A stretch of DNA of 64,000 bases from an uncultured Prevotella sp. (GTDB lineage Bacteria > Bacteroidota > Bacteroidia > Bacteroidales > Bacteroidaceae), in contig OMZM01000011.1 in assembly GCA_900315545.1 (NCBI GenBank), forward strand, positions 11,760 to 75,759, read 5' to 3'. Position numbers and translations under genes: made by a program. Position 1 is the first letter of the stretch. Each line of letters starts with the position of its first letter. Positions 47,344 to 57,643 of this stretch are shown in pieces. Under the pieces are notes generated by a model that was not told where the DNA came from, ran no database searches, and saw nothing but the letters and a program-made list of their open reading frames with translations.

Positions 47344-47946
47344 ATGTTAAGCACTGAAAGATATAATGAAATCTTCAATCAGGCCATTGAAGACTATCAC
47401 ATCAAGGATGACGTAGACACTCCTATCAGCAATCCCTACGACAGGGATTCCATCGAGAACCGTCTCTACCTGAAATGCTGGATTGACACTGTGCAGTGGC
47501 ATCTGGAAGACATCATCCGCAATCCGCATATCGATCCTATCGAGGCATTGCAGATAAAGCGCCGCATAGACCGTTCAAACCAAGACCGCACCGACCTTGT
47601 CGAGCAGATTGACAGCTACTACCGTCAGCTGTTCTGCAACGTGGCTGTGCTGCCCGATGCACGCATCAACACCGAGAGCCCTGCATGGGCTGTCGACCGA
47701 CTGTCTATCCTGGCACTGAAAATCTATCACATGAAGGAGCAGGTGGAGCGCGACGATGCCACTGAGGAGCACAAGCAGAAGTGCCAGTCGAAGCTCAACA
47801 TACTGCTGGAACAGCAGGTTGACCTCTCTACGGCTATCGACCAGCTGCTCGAAGACATTGCCGAAGGACGGAAATACATGAAGGTGTACAGACAGATGAA
47901 GATGTATAATGATCCTTCTACCAATCCTGTGCTTTACAAGAAATAG
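47344..47946 (+). CDS. DUF4254-like protein
   Basis: WIDTVQWHLED, KRRIDRSNQDRTD and TESPAWAVDRLSIL motifs. Start taken at MLSTE. Confidence 0.75.
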   Translation: MLSTERYNEIFNQAIEDYHIKDDVDTPISNPYDRDSIENRLYLKCWIDTVQWHLEDIIRNPHIDPIEALQIKRRIDRSNQDRTDLVEQIDSYYRQLFCNVAVLPDARINTESPAWAVDRLSILALKIYHMKEQVERDDATEEHKQKCQSKLNILLEQQVDLSTAIDQLLEDIAEGRKYMKVYRQMKMYNDPSTNPVLYKK

Positions 47947-47957
47947 TCTTTTGTGCC

Positions 47958-48998
47958 ATGAAGAACCATCTGCTCATCATGCGCTTTTCGGCATTAGGCG
48001 ATGTAGCCATGACCGTGCCTGTGGTATGGTCGCTGGCAAAACAGTATCCAGACCTGAGGATTACCGTCCTGAGCAGAGGCTTTGCACGCACGCTGTTCGA
48101 CGGTCTGGCGACAAATGTCAGCTTCATGGAGGCAGATTTCAAGCATGAAAACAAGGGCATACACGGGCTGAACGTGCTGTTCAGACGCTTGAAAGCCAAG
48201 AATTTCACTCATGTTGCCGACCTGCACGACGTGCTGCGCTCGAAATACCTGCGCATGCGCTTCGACCTGTCGATGACGAGAGTGGAACACATAGACAAGC
48301 ACCGACGCGAACGCAGGAAACTGACGGCACAGTCGGACAAAAGGATTCTAAAGCCCATACCTACTGCCTTCAGCAACTATGCACAGGTGTTTGAGAAACT
48401 TGGCTATCCCGTGAACATTGATTTCAGCAGCATTTTCGCCGACAGCGATAGCATTTTCTCACTGCTGCCTGAGCCGCTCGGAAGGAAAGGCGAGGGCGAA
48501 CGCTGGGTTGGCATCGCGCCGTTTGCCGCACACATGGGCAAGATGCTGCCGACAGAGAAGGTGGAAAAGATAGTGGAACGCCTGTGCAGTCGCGCCGACA
48601 CGAGGGTGATGGTGTTCTGCGGAGGACAGGAAGAGCGCAAGACTGCCGACCGATGGAGCAGCCAATGGCAGAACTGCACAAACGCATCGGCACTCGTCAC
48701 GTCGCTGAAGCAGGAGATTGCCATCATGAGCCAGCTGAACGTCATGCTGTCGATGGACAGTGCCAACATGCATCTGGCTTCGCTTGCAGGCACGCCGGTG
48801 GTCAGCGTGTGGGGCGCAACCCATCCGTTTGCAGGATTCATGGGCTGGAACCAGAAAGCCGACGATGCCGTACAAAGAGACATGCCGTGCCGTCCGTGCT
48901 CCATTTTTGGCAACAAGCCGTGCCTCAGGGGCGACTATGCGTGCCTCAGTGACATTGACGGGGAAACTATTATACGGAATATAGAAAATTATTTATAA
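47958..48998 (+). CDS. Glycosyltransferase family 9 (heptosyltransferase-like)
   Basis: RFSALGDVAM, DLH, MDSANMHLA and SVWGATHP motifs. Confidence 0.9.
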   Translation: MKNHLLIMRFSALGDVAMTVPVVWSLAKQYPDLRITVLSRGFARTLFDGLATNVSFMEADFKHENKGIHGLNVLFRRLKAKNFTHVADLHDVLRSKYLRMRFDLSMTRVEHIDKHRRERRKLTAQSDKRILKPIPTAFSNYAQVFEKLGYPVNIDFSSIFADSDSIFSLLPEPLGRKGEGERWVGIAPFAAHMGKMLPTEKVEKIVERLCSRADTRVMVFCGGQEERKTADRWSSQWQNCTNASALVTSLKQEIAIMSQLNVMLSMDSANMHLASLAGTPVVSVWGATHPFAGFMGWNQKADDAVQRDMPCRPCSIFGNKPCLRGDYACLSDIDGETIIRNIENYL

Positions 48999-49032
48999 TA
49001 ATTTATTCATTAACTAATAAAACTGTATCATT

Positions 49033-49197
49033 ATGAAAAAGTATGTTTGCGACGTATGCGGGTATGTTTACGACCCGGCAGTAGGCGACCCCGATGGCGG
49101 TATCGCCGCAGGAACAGCATTTGAGGACATCCCTTCTGACTGGGTATGCCCACTGTGCGGTGTAGGCAAGGATGATTTCTCGCCTGTAGAGGAATAA
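49033..49197 (+). CDS. Rubredoxin (54 aa; below the ORF-track cutoff)
   Basis: Manual translation [54 protein letters not shown], with two CxxCG motifs. Confidence 0.96.
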   Translation: MKKYVCDVCGYVYDPAVGDPDGGIAAGTAFEDIPSDWVCPLCGVGKDDFSPVEE

Positions 49198-49219
49198 GAA
49201 AAATATTCTATAAAAAATG

Positions 49220-49252
49220 ATGAAGGCATCCTTTTCGGGATGCCTTTATTAT
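49220..49252 (+). terminator. Terminator after rubredoxin
   Basis: AAGGCATCC-TTTTC-GGGATGCCTTT followed by ATTATT. Confidence 0.7.
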
Positions 49253-49352
49253 TGCAACGATATGTACCTAAACTGCCGATACCGTAATTTTTTGTGCTCG
49301 GCAATATATTGTCGGTGAGCGACTTACAGCTGCATGCGCATTAACAAACCGA

Positions 49353-49468
49353 TTACAGGATTTCTACAACAATTCTGTAATGCTTTTACAAATAGCCTGT
49401 AAAAGCATTACAAACACTCTGTCACGGTGTTACGGAATACTTGTCACGCTTTTACAAACAACTTGTAA
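49353..49468. repeat. Dispersed intergenic repeat family B, copy 2
   Basis: Units at 49364, 49386, 49408, 49430 and 49452 (exact 22-bp period), with the same half-site order as the copy at 19139. Confidence 0.88.
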
Positions 49469-49477
49469 TTTCTTCGT

Positions 49478-52216
49478 TTACCGAGTCTGTATTTTCGACT
49501 TCGCAAGACTGAACACTTCCCTTGCCAGCATTACCGCCGACGAGAGCACCGTAATGACTGCCCAGTCGGCAGTCTTCAGCGGAACGACGTTGAAGAACGT
49601 GTTGACGACAGGCACCTGAACTATAACAACCTGACCTATCGCTATGACTGCGGCAATGACGATAAATCCCTCGCATCCGCGCAGGTTGAGTCCGCTGCCG
49701 CCCGACTTGTATGCACGGGTGTTGAAGATATACCAGAAATGTGTCATCACGAAAATGGTGAACAGCAGTGTCAGTTCGTATGGCGACACACTGTTTTTCT
49801 CGCCCATACGCAGCGTCAGCATGTCTGAAAGGCTGTGTATGTCGGCATGCTGGAATATGTAGAGCAGCGACACGAGCAGCACGAAGAAGAAGAGCCCTAC
49901 GCCCAAGATGTTGGCTATCATGTCGTTGTCGAGAATGAATGCCGTCCTCTTTCGCGGCGGCACCTGCATGACGTTGTCGTCGGGAGGCAATGCCGACAGC
50001 GCAAAGGCGGCAAAGGTGTCCATGATGAGGTTTACCCAGAGCAGCTGAGTAACCGTCAGCGGCGACTCCGTGCCCATGAACGCGCCGAACAATACTATCA
50101 GACAGGCACTTACGTTCACCGTCAGCTGGAACAGCAGGAAACGCTGTATGTTCTTGTACAGACCGCGTCCCCATTCCACGGCATGCACTATCGACGAGAA
50201 CGAGTTGTCCAAAATCGTTATGTCGCTGACGTCTTTCGCCACCTTAGTGCCACTGCCCATCGATATGCCCACATGCGCCTGCTTCAGCGCCGGAGCGTCG
50301 TTGGTGCCGTCGCCCGTAACAGCCACGACGTGGTTTCTGGTCTGCAAGGCAGCCACAAGCCGTCTCTTGTCCATAGGACGGGCACGCGAGATAATCTTAA
50401 TCCTTTCTACGCAGCCAAGCAACTGCCCGTCGGTCATCTGCGAAAAGTCGCTGCCGTCGACAATGTTTTCATCTTCGGTCTGCAAGCCTATCTGCCTGCC
50501 TATCTCGCGCGCAGTAGCCTTAGTGTCGCCGGTAACAATCTTTATGTCGATGCCGGCGTCTATGCAGCGTCTGACAGACTCAGCAACATCGGGGCGCACA
50601 GGGTCTTCGATACCGAAAATGCCAAGCATGCGGAACGATTTTTCAGCCATCAGCCTGTCGGTAATCTTGTCTGCATCGGCACCAACCACCATATATGCCA
50701 GAGCCAGGGTGCGCATGCCGCGACGCTGCCACTGGTCGAGTTTTTCTGTGTAGTCAGCCTTCTTCGCGACGTCGCCACACATATTTATTATTATCTCAGG
50801 TGCACCTTTCACGTAGAGTAACCTCCTGCCAGACGCAGGCGATGCTGCCATCGTTGCCATATACTTCCTTTCGGTGCTGAAAGGCACTGTGTCAGTCATT
50901 GCCGCCCTGCTGCGCACATCAGCATAGTCGATGCCCTTTGTGTCGAGCCATGCCAAAAGAGCACCTTCGGTGGGGTTGCCCACTATGCCTACACCACTGT
51001 CAGACTTTTCCAACTCGGCAGTGGAATTGATTGCTATGCACTCATGTATCAAGTCAGCATTGGCTTCCAGCATCGTCTCGCGCACCTGCATGCGGTTCTG
51101 TGTCAGCGTGCCCGTCTTGTCGGTGCATATCACTGTCGTTGCGCCCATAGTCTCGCAGGCATGCAACTTGCGCACGAGATTGTTGGTGCGCAGCATCTTA
51201 CGCATGCTGTTTGCCAGCGACAGCGACACCGCCATAGGCAGACCCTCAGGCACGGCAACTACCACAAGCGTTACGGAAATCATTATCGACTGAAACAAAT
51301 ATGTAAGCATGTGCGACATAGACTCAGGCGACGACAGCACGGAAGCATCCGGCATGTGCCAGTGGAAATAGACTATCATCCTGCCGACAAATACTGCCGC
51401 AGCTATGATGTAGCTTATTTTCGTTATCAAGCCTCCCAGTTTCGCCAGCTGCTCGTTGAGCGGCGTCTTCACCTCATCTGATATCTTGTTTGCCTGTTGC
51501 AACTGTTGCGCACGCGCTTTCTTTTCCTTCGATGCTGCCACGTCTGACAAAGAAAGCATTATCTTTCCGTTCTCGGTACTGTCGCCAACGGCAAATACCT
51601 CTGCGCGGCATGTGCCTTCGAGCACTTTCGTGCCCCTGTACAGCTTGTTTACAGGATATGTTGTCGACTTGCTGTCTGCCTGTTCATCGCCAGCGCCCTT
51701 GCTGTGTGGCGGCTCACCGGTAAGCATCGACTCGTCTACGAGCAAGCCTACACTTTCGAATATCTCTGCATCGGCAGGCACTTCGTCGCCCGACTGCAAC
51801 AAAACAATGTCGCCAACGACAACGTCGCAGCGGTCTATCAGCGTGGCAGTACCGTTTCTCAACACTTTAACCTGCTCATGGTCGTTCTCATAGTTCAGTA
51901 TGTTGAACTCCTGGTTGGCACACATCTCAAACCAGAATGACAATCCCGTGGCAAGCATTATGGCAACATAGATGCCTATAGGCTCGAAGAATACGCTCAC
52001 CGGCTCGTGCAGCACATAGTATTCGTAGAACGAAACGCCTACCGACAGTATGCCTATTACCAACAGAATAATTATGAGTGGGTCGCGGAATTTTGACATT
52101 AAAAGCTGCCACAACGATATTCCCTTTATTCGCGAAAGCACGTTGTCGCCATGCTGATTGCGGCTCGCCAACACCTCAGCATCTGTCAATCCCGTATGTC
52201 GTTTGTCTGTTTTCAT
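49478..52216 (-). CDS. Calcium-translocating P-type ATPase (PMCA-type)
   Basis: TGE, PEGL, DKTGTLT, KGAPE, TGDGTNDAPAL and LWVNLIMD motifs. Confidence 0.93.
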   Translation of the reverse strand: MKTDKRHTGLTDAEVLASRNQHGDNVLSRIKGISLWQLLMSKFRDPLIIILLVIGILSVGVSFYEYYVLHEPVSVFFEPIGIYVAIMLATGLSFWFEMCANQEFNILNYENDHEQVKVLRNGTATLIDRCDVVVGDIVLLQSGDEVPADAEIFESVGLLVDESMLTGEPPHSKGAGDEQADSKSTTYPVNKLYRGTKVLEGTCRAEVFAVGDSTENGKIMLSLSDVAASKEKKARAQQLQQANKISDEVKTPLNEQLAKLGGLITKISYIIAAAVFVGRMIVYFHWHMPDASVLSSPESMSHMLTYLFQSIMISVTLVVVAVPEGLPMAVSLSLANSMRKMLRTNNLVRKLHACETMGATTVICTDKTGTLTQNRMQVRETMLEANADLIHECIAINSTAELEKSDSGVGIVGNPTEGALLAWLDTKGIDYADVRSRAAMTDTVPFSTERKYMATMAASPASGRRLLYVKGAPEIIINMCGDVAKKADYTEKLDQWQRRGMRTLALAYMVVGADADKITDRLMAEKSFRMLGIFGIEDPVRPDVAESVRRCIDAGIDIKIVTGDTKATAREIGRQIGLQTEDENIVDGSDFSQMTDGQLLGCVERIKIISRARPMDKRRLVAALQTRNHVVAVTGDGTNDAPALKQAHVGISMGSGTKVAKDVSDITILDNSFSSIVHAVEWGRGLYKNIQRFLLFQLTVNVSACLIVLFGAFMGTESPLTVTQLLWVNLIMDTFAAFALSALPPDDNVMQVPPRKRTAFILDNDMIANILGVGLFFFVLLVSLLYIFQHADIHSLSDMLTLRMGEKNSVSPYELTLLFTIFVMTHFWYIFNTRAYKSGGSGLNLRGCEGFIVIAAVIAIGQVVIVQVPVVNTFFNVVPLKTADWAVITVLSSAVMLAREVFSLAKSKIQTR

Positions 52217-52259
52217 GTATATTATAATATGTATATAAAAATATTAGACTACTTTTCAT

Positions 52260-52829
52260 TTAGTAGTCTAATATTCTTCTTGCACCTAAATATCTTCCTT
52301 TGTAGTATGCCGTGTTGGCATAATCATCTACTTTTATTCCGTTTCGCGCAGCGTGTATAAACGAAAAGTTACCATTGTTGTCTACTTTCGACACTATTCC
52401 TACATGTCCTACACCTCTGCCAGAGCCCGGACTTGAGAAAAATACAAGGTCGCCTACTTTCAAATTCTTTCTTTCAACATGTATGCCCTGCATGTACTGG
52501 TCGCGCGAAGACCTGCCCAGAGAAATGTTGTTTATCTTGAAAACATAACTGGTAAAGCCAGAACAGTCAAAAGATTTCGGTCCGGCAGAACCTCTGCGAT
52601 ATGGTCTGCCCAAATATTTCATTGCATCTGATATGATGTCTTCGCCTGTTACATTGAACAATGCTTCAAACTCGGCTGTGCTCTCGGCAAAGTCGTCGCT
52701 GCCGTCGGCTTCTTTTTCAGTATCTTCGTCGTCTTGTACCATCGTTGCATGAGGCATATTAATGTTGGCAAATGCAAACGTATTGGCTGAAAGAAATAAT
52801 GTTATTAACAGCTTTTTATAATAATTCAT
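52260..52829 (-). CDS. NlpC/P60 (C40) peptidoglycan endopeptidase
   Basis: Signal peptide; YLGRPY, FDCSGF, GDLVFF and HVGI motifs. Confidence 0.93.
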   Translation of the reverse strand: MNYYKKLLITLFLSANTFAFANINMPHATMVQDDEDTEKEADGSDDFAESTAEFEALFNVTGEDIISDAMKYLGRPYRRGSAGPKSFDCSGFTSYVFKINNISLGRSSRDQYMQGIHVERKNLKVGDLVFFSSPGSGRGVGHVGIVSKVDNNGNFSFIHAARNGIKVDDYANTAYYKGRYLGARRILDY

Positions 52830-53060
52830 GTTGCAAATGTAACTATTTTTATTGACCTGGAATAATTACATTTACATCTTTTCAGACTATCTCAGTTTTG
52901 AATAATTATTTAATATATATACGCTTTTTTACATTATATCAGACAGTTAACTGCACATGAAGTTTTAAAAAATACATTTTTGCATTTTACTTTTTTAATA
53001 TAATAACATATTAATTTATAGGAAAAAAGTGCATAATTAAGCGAAAAACAGTTTAATTAT

Positions 53061-54590
53061 TTACTTCAGTATGCTCATTTTTTCATCTTTTCCATGCCAA
53101 TCTACATCTGCTGCATCAAGAATGGTATGGAACATGAAGTAGGTTTTCAGTTTTTTGCTGGCATTTTCTTGCAGTGCCTTTATCTTGGAAGGATAGGTCT
53201 GCCTGTATTTATCAGAATACCATACCCATGCTGCTACGCTGTGCTGCTCTGGACGGTCGATGCCGTGAGTGTAGTAACCTTCCTCGCCAAGACTCTCGCC
53301 ATGGTCGCTTATGTAGAGGACTATGGCGTTTTTGCTGCGCAATGGTGTTATTACCTGATGCCAGAACCAGTCGCTGTAGAGTATGGTGTTGTCGTATGAA
53401 TTTATCATCTGCTGGCGTGAATTGCCGTTTATTACACGACTGTCGGCTGTTGGCGTGTAACGCTTGAAACGGTCGTCATAGTGTGAATTGTAGAACCAGT
53501 GTGAGCCGACGGTATGTAGTATGATAAATTGATTTTCTGCTTTTATTGCTTTCTCATATATGGGCAGTATATCGCCGTCGAGCCAACTGTCGAAGAGGTA
53601 CATCGACTTACTGGAATTGACATAAGCGAGGGTGTCGCATTCTTTCATGAAATAGGCGTATGTGTCTACACTCTCTTGGTTTGCAAGCCAGGCTGTATGA
53701 AATCCTGCCTGACGCAACAATGACACAAACGAGCGTTCACTGTATGCTCGGTCTGGATTTGCTTCGTCTGAACGGGTTAAAATATGTGGTATGCTTAGAT
53801 GTGTGAGCGAGAAATCTGTGCTTACGTTTGGCAGTGATACTACGTTTTTCTCTCTTTGCATGTATGGAGTGGTGGGTCTGGAATAGCCATTTAGCTGAAG
53901 ATGGTCTGCACGCAGCGACTCACCTATTATTAATACTACGGTAAGACTGTCGGCTTTGGTTGTTGCCTTGCCTGAAAACATTGGTCGCTCTCTCTCCACA
54001 TATTTCTTTGTCTGCATATATTCCTTAACACTGTAGTAGAGAGAGTAGGGCATGCGCTGTTCCAACTCAGTAGACAGATGTCCGCGCGTATTGGTATAAT
54101 ATATTAATATGAGTGATAATGGCAACCATACATACCATGCACTTACCTTTATTTTGTGCCAACGATAGCGAACAATGAAGCAACTCAATGCTATGCTTGC
54201 TATTATTGTCAATATCAGCTGCCAACTTACTGCATGCAGTGATGTGCGCATGTCGTTGACAACAACAAGGTCGATTACCTGAGGAGTAAGCACCGCCTTT
54301 ACCGTATAACGATAATATGTCATCACGCTGCATGCTGTGGTTATAAGTGGAAAGGTTATTGCAAACGCCCATTTGTTGAGTGATAGCAACGAAAGGAGTC
54401 CGAATACTGCTGTTTCTATAAGCAACCAATACTTGAAAAGCTGTATATAGTCTGCCATTCCACTGCATGGCACACCAACAAAATCGGCTACTACAAAGAT
54501 GAGTCCGTAAAATAATGTCAGAAGAGTGATAAACACAAAATATCGCTTATCACTCCTCAAATCATCATATATTTTCCTCAAAAAACTCAT
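53061..54590 (-). CDS. Phosphoethanolamine transferase (EptA/CptA family)
   Basis: Five N-terminal TM segments, VLIIGES, nucleophile Thr in SLTHLS, HTVGSH, YDNTILY and SDHGESLGE motifs. Confidence 0.88.
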   Translation of the reverse strand: MSFLRKIYDDLRSDKRYFVFITLLTLFYGLIFVVADFVGVPCSGMADYIQLFKYWLLIETAVFGLLSLLSLNKWAFAITFPLITTACSVMTYYRYTVKAVLTPQVIDLVVVNDMRTSLHAVSWQLILTIIASIALSCFIVRYRWHKIKVSAWYVWLPLSLILIYYTNTRGHLSTELEQRMPYSLYYSVKEYMQTKKYVERERPMFSGKATTKADSLTVVLIIGESLRADHLQLNGYSRPTTPYMQREKNVVSLPNVSTDFSLTHLSIPHILTRSDEANPDRAYSERSFVSLLRQAGFHTAWLANQESVDTYAYFMKECDTLAYVNSSKSMYLFDSWLDGDILPIYEKAIKAENQFIILHTVGSHWFYNSHYDDRFKRYTPTADSRVINGNSRQQMINSYDNTILYSDWFWHQVITPLRSKNAIVLYISDHGESLGEEGYYTHGIDRPEQHSVAAWVWYSDKYRQTYPSKIKALQENASKKLKTYFMFHTILDAADVDWHGKDEKMSILK

Positions 54591-54602
54591 CTGCAGGTTT
54601 TA

Positions 54603-55595
54603 TTACGACAGTTCCAACATTCTGTTGATTGGCTTCACAGCTTCTTTTGCTGTCTCCTTGTCTACGTCAACCGATGGCCATTCGTATTTCAGGCAGTTAT
54701 ATACCTTTTCGAGTGTATTCATCTTCATGTATTCACACTCATTGCAAGAGCATCCTGCTCCTCCCTCACTTACCTCTGGCGGTACGGGATAGAATATCTT
54801 GTCCTTAGCTTTCTGCTGCATTTCGAAAAGAATACCAGGCTCTGTGGCTATGATAAATTCTTTCTTATCACTTTCTATGACATGTTTAAGTATGACAGCA
54901 GTAGAGCCAACAACGTCGGCTATGGCAAGTACAGGCGCCTTGCACTCCGGATGAGCAAGAATAATGGCGTCTGGATGTTCATGTTTCAGTTTTACTATTT
55001 CGTCTACCGAGAATCTTTCATGCACATGGCAACCACCATTCCACAACAGCATGTTGCGTCCTGTAACACTGTTTATATATGAACCGAGATTGTAGTCAGG
55101 ACCAAAGATGAGTTTTTCATCCTTTGGAAACGTATCTATTATCTTCTTTGCATTTCCTGATGTAACAACAATGTCAGTCAGAGCCTTTACGTCAGCAGTA
55201 GTATTTACATAACTAACTACCTTGTATTCAGGATGTTCTTCTTTAAATTTCTTAAGGTCTGCAGCCTTGCATGAGTCTGCCAGCGAGCATCCGGCATTGA
55301 GATCAGGAACCAATACCAACTTCTCAGGACAAAGAATCTTGTCAGTTTCAGCCATGAAATGCACTCCACACATAACAATAATGTCGGCATCGGTCTTTGC
55401 AGCCTGTTGTGCCAATGCGAGCGAATCGCCTATGAAGTCAGCAACCTCCTGTATTTCCGCCTGAGTATAATAGTGTGCAAGGATAACGGCATTCTTCTCT
55501 TTAGCCATCCGCCTTATCTCATCTTTAAGATTAAGCGCCTTGTCTATTTCTTCAGTTACATATCCTTTTTCTATCCATTCTTTCTTTGCTTCCAT
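54603..55595 (-). CDS. nadA: Quinolinate synthase
   Basis: ILAHYY, GDSL, CGVHFMAET, GCSLA, GGCHVH and HPEC motifs; Fe-S Cys residues present. Confidence 0.97.
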   Translation of the reverse strand: MEAKKEWIEKGYVTEEIDKALNLKDEIRRMAKEKNAVILAHYYTQAEIQEVADFIGDSLALAQQAAKTDADIIVMCGVHFMAETDKILCPEKLVLVPDLNAGCSLADSCKAADLKKFKEEHPEYKVVSYVNTTADVKALTDIVVTSGNAKKIIDTFPKDEKLIFGPDYNLGSYINSVTGRNMLLWNGGCHVHERFSVDEIVKLKHEHPDAIILAHPECKAPVLAIADVVGSTAVILKHVIESDKKEFIIATEPGILFEMQQKAKDKIFYPVPPEVSEGGAGCSCNECEYMKMNTLEKVYNCLKYEWPSVDVDKETAKEAVKPINRMLELS

Positions 55596-55997
55596 AGAAT
55601 TACATTTTTTAGTTCATAACATATCAACATTTCATTATTATATATTTTTCTTTTTTATCTTTTATAAGAAATGAAATTTATGAAGATGATATGCTGTTTA
55701 TAAGTTGATAAATATTTTGTTATATATTTCTTTATTATGTTTTAAACATATACATTCACTTTATTAACATCTTATTTTTATATAAAAAATTGATATTCAG
55801 CATTTAATAGAGTTATCAACATTTATGATATTCGGTGCAAATATAATATGTTTATAATTATTTTCAATTATATTCAGTTGAAAACTTCGTAATATTTATA
55901 GAAAAACATCTGTTATTTCAACATCATTATAGTGTTTAAATGATTTATAAGAGTTTTACTATATTTATAAACATAGTTTTCCACAGAGTTATCACCA
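55596..55997. other. Candidate chromosomal replication origin (oriC)
   Basis: Very AT-rich 400-bp gap with DnaA-box-like 9-mers: ATATCAACA 55621, TTATCAACT(rc) 55703, TTATTAACA 55761, TTATCAACA 55813, TTTTCAACT(rc) 55876, TTTTCCACA 55977, TTATCACCA 55989. Confidence 0.6.
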
Positions 55998-57620
55998 GCC
56001 AGCCCACGTCATTCTCCAAAGCTTTCTTGCCATTTCATCCCAACGCATGACAGTAGCGCCAAAGAAGTCGGCTGTATATCCGTTAAGTATATCGGTGGCT
56101 TTTTTGCTGTCTTCACTGTTGATTGTTTGCCATTGTTCCACTACGAAAGGCATCTCACGCAAACCTTTGTCTATAAAATATTCGCGTGCTGATTCTATCA
56201 TTTCTCTGTATGTTCCCCACCTGAGAGTAGCCAGTCTGTTTGTTTTTCGGAAATGCCACAGTGCTGCGTCATCCCTTTCGGAATGTTGTCCACATACCTG
56301 AAGCATCTGAGGCAGTTCAGTGTTTCCGCAGAAAACAGGAAATCTTGGACTCTCTCCAGGATTGTCAAGAGCTATCCATGCCACTCCACCAACCTCATCA
56401 GGAAGCCATGAGCGCAACTGTATGACAGTGCTGTATGCACACCATGGCACGCTGACAGTACGTATATTTTTCATTACAGAGTCGCCCATAGCATAGTACA
56501 TATTTATCTCGTCAGGTCTCATCCATGGGTTAGAGACAGGCGAAACAATGCTGTCGGGTTCGTTTTCCACAATGTTTCCATTCTTGTCTTTACGCTTTGG
56601 GTTAGGTATGAGATGTCGTGCGCTAAGGTTTTTATCACTGCCTTCATAGTAACTTCCAAGTAGCATGCTAACATCTTTCACACTAACTTTCTTATCAGGC
56701 TTTACGCTTAGAGGTAAGTTTTCTACTGTATCAGAAAGGCAAAGCGATGGCGCAAGAGCGTTCATGATGTAGTGTTCGCGGACGCTATAGTTCTTTTTCT
56801 CTCCGAAATAGTTTCCTCCGCTATATACTTTCCAAAAGCAAAACTCCTCTTTTCCATCCCACAGTTTAAGTTTCTTGGCAACATCGAAGACATTGTCAGA
56901 TGCCATATACATATCTTTATTGTTAACATCGATTGTTCCGATGCGGCTGATATTTGCAGAAACAGCAATATGTTCGTCAGGTATTCTGACAGCAGCCCAT
57001 ACACCTCCTATATTCTTTGGTCCCTCTCCGAATATTTCGAATATCCATACTTCATTCTTATCGGCAATGGTAAGACATTCGCCAGAGTCGCCGTATCCAT
57101 ATTTCTTAACGAGTTCGCCCATGAGCGTGATGGCTTGTCTTGCCGTAGAGCAGCGTTCCAGAACTATGCGTTCCAGTTCCTCTATCATAAACATGCCTTT
57201 CTTATTCCTCAGCGTATCACGTCCCGATATAGTAGTTTCGCCTATTGCGAGTTGCTTTTCGTTCAAGCATGGATATGCGGTGTCGAGGTAGCGGTATGTT
57301 TTCTTTACTTGTGGTATGATACCTTTTCTATACATCTTTGTGCTGTCCTGCGGCGACTGCGTGTGCATGCGTCCGTCGTAGATAGCAGTAACGGTATCGT
57401 TTTTATATTCCTTTGCCGGCACTATCTGCATCCATGTCCTGTACCATGAGTCGCATGTGTGAGATGTCATTACCGAGCCGTCAGCAGATGCTTTCTTACC
57501 TACCATGATGCTTGTACACGACATGCGCGACATGCCTTCGCGTGTTGTTTCATCCGGTTGTGCAAAAACACTTGTTACGTTTAATAATACAAACAGTGCA
57601 AGAATACTTATTTTGTTCAT
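55992..57620 (-). CDS. C69 family dipeptidase (Ntn hydrolase)
   Basis: Signal peptide, then SCTSIMVGKKASADGS (N-terminal nucleophile Cys), NEKQLAIGETT and GECLTIAD motifs. Confidence 0.9.
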   Translation of the reverse strand: MNKISILALFVLLNVTSVFAQPDETTREGMSRMSCTSIMVGKKASADGSVMTSHTCDSWYRTWMQIVPAKEYKNDTVTAIYDGRMHTQSPQDSTKMYRKGIIPQVKKTYRYLDTAYPCLNEKQLAIGETTISGRDTLRNKKGMFMIEELERIVLERCSTARQAITLMGELVKKYGYGDSGECLTIADKNEVWIFEIFGEGPKNIGGVWAAVRIPDEHIAVSANISRIGTIDVNNKDMYMASDNVFDVAKKLKLWDGKEEFCFWKVYSGGNYFGEKKNYSVREHYIMNALAPSLCLSDTVENLPLSVKPDKKVSVKDVSMLLGSYYEGSDKNLSARHLIPNPKRKDKNGNIVENEPDSIVSPVSNPWMRPDEINMYYAMGDSVMKNIRTVSVPWCAYSTVIQLRSWLPDEVGGVAWIALDNPGESPRFPVFCGNTELPQMLQVCGQHSERDDAALWHFRKTNRLATLRWGTYREMIESAREYFIDKGLREMPFVVEQWQTINSEDSKKATDILNGYTADFFGATVMRWDEMARKLWRMTWAGW

Positions 57621-57643
57621 AATATATATAATATGTATATGAT

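Noticed and set aside
49068-49304. 78-aa minus-strand ORF
   Set aside because: Antisense to the real 54-aa rubredoxin gene.
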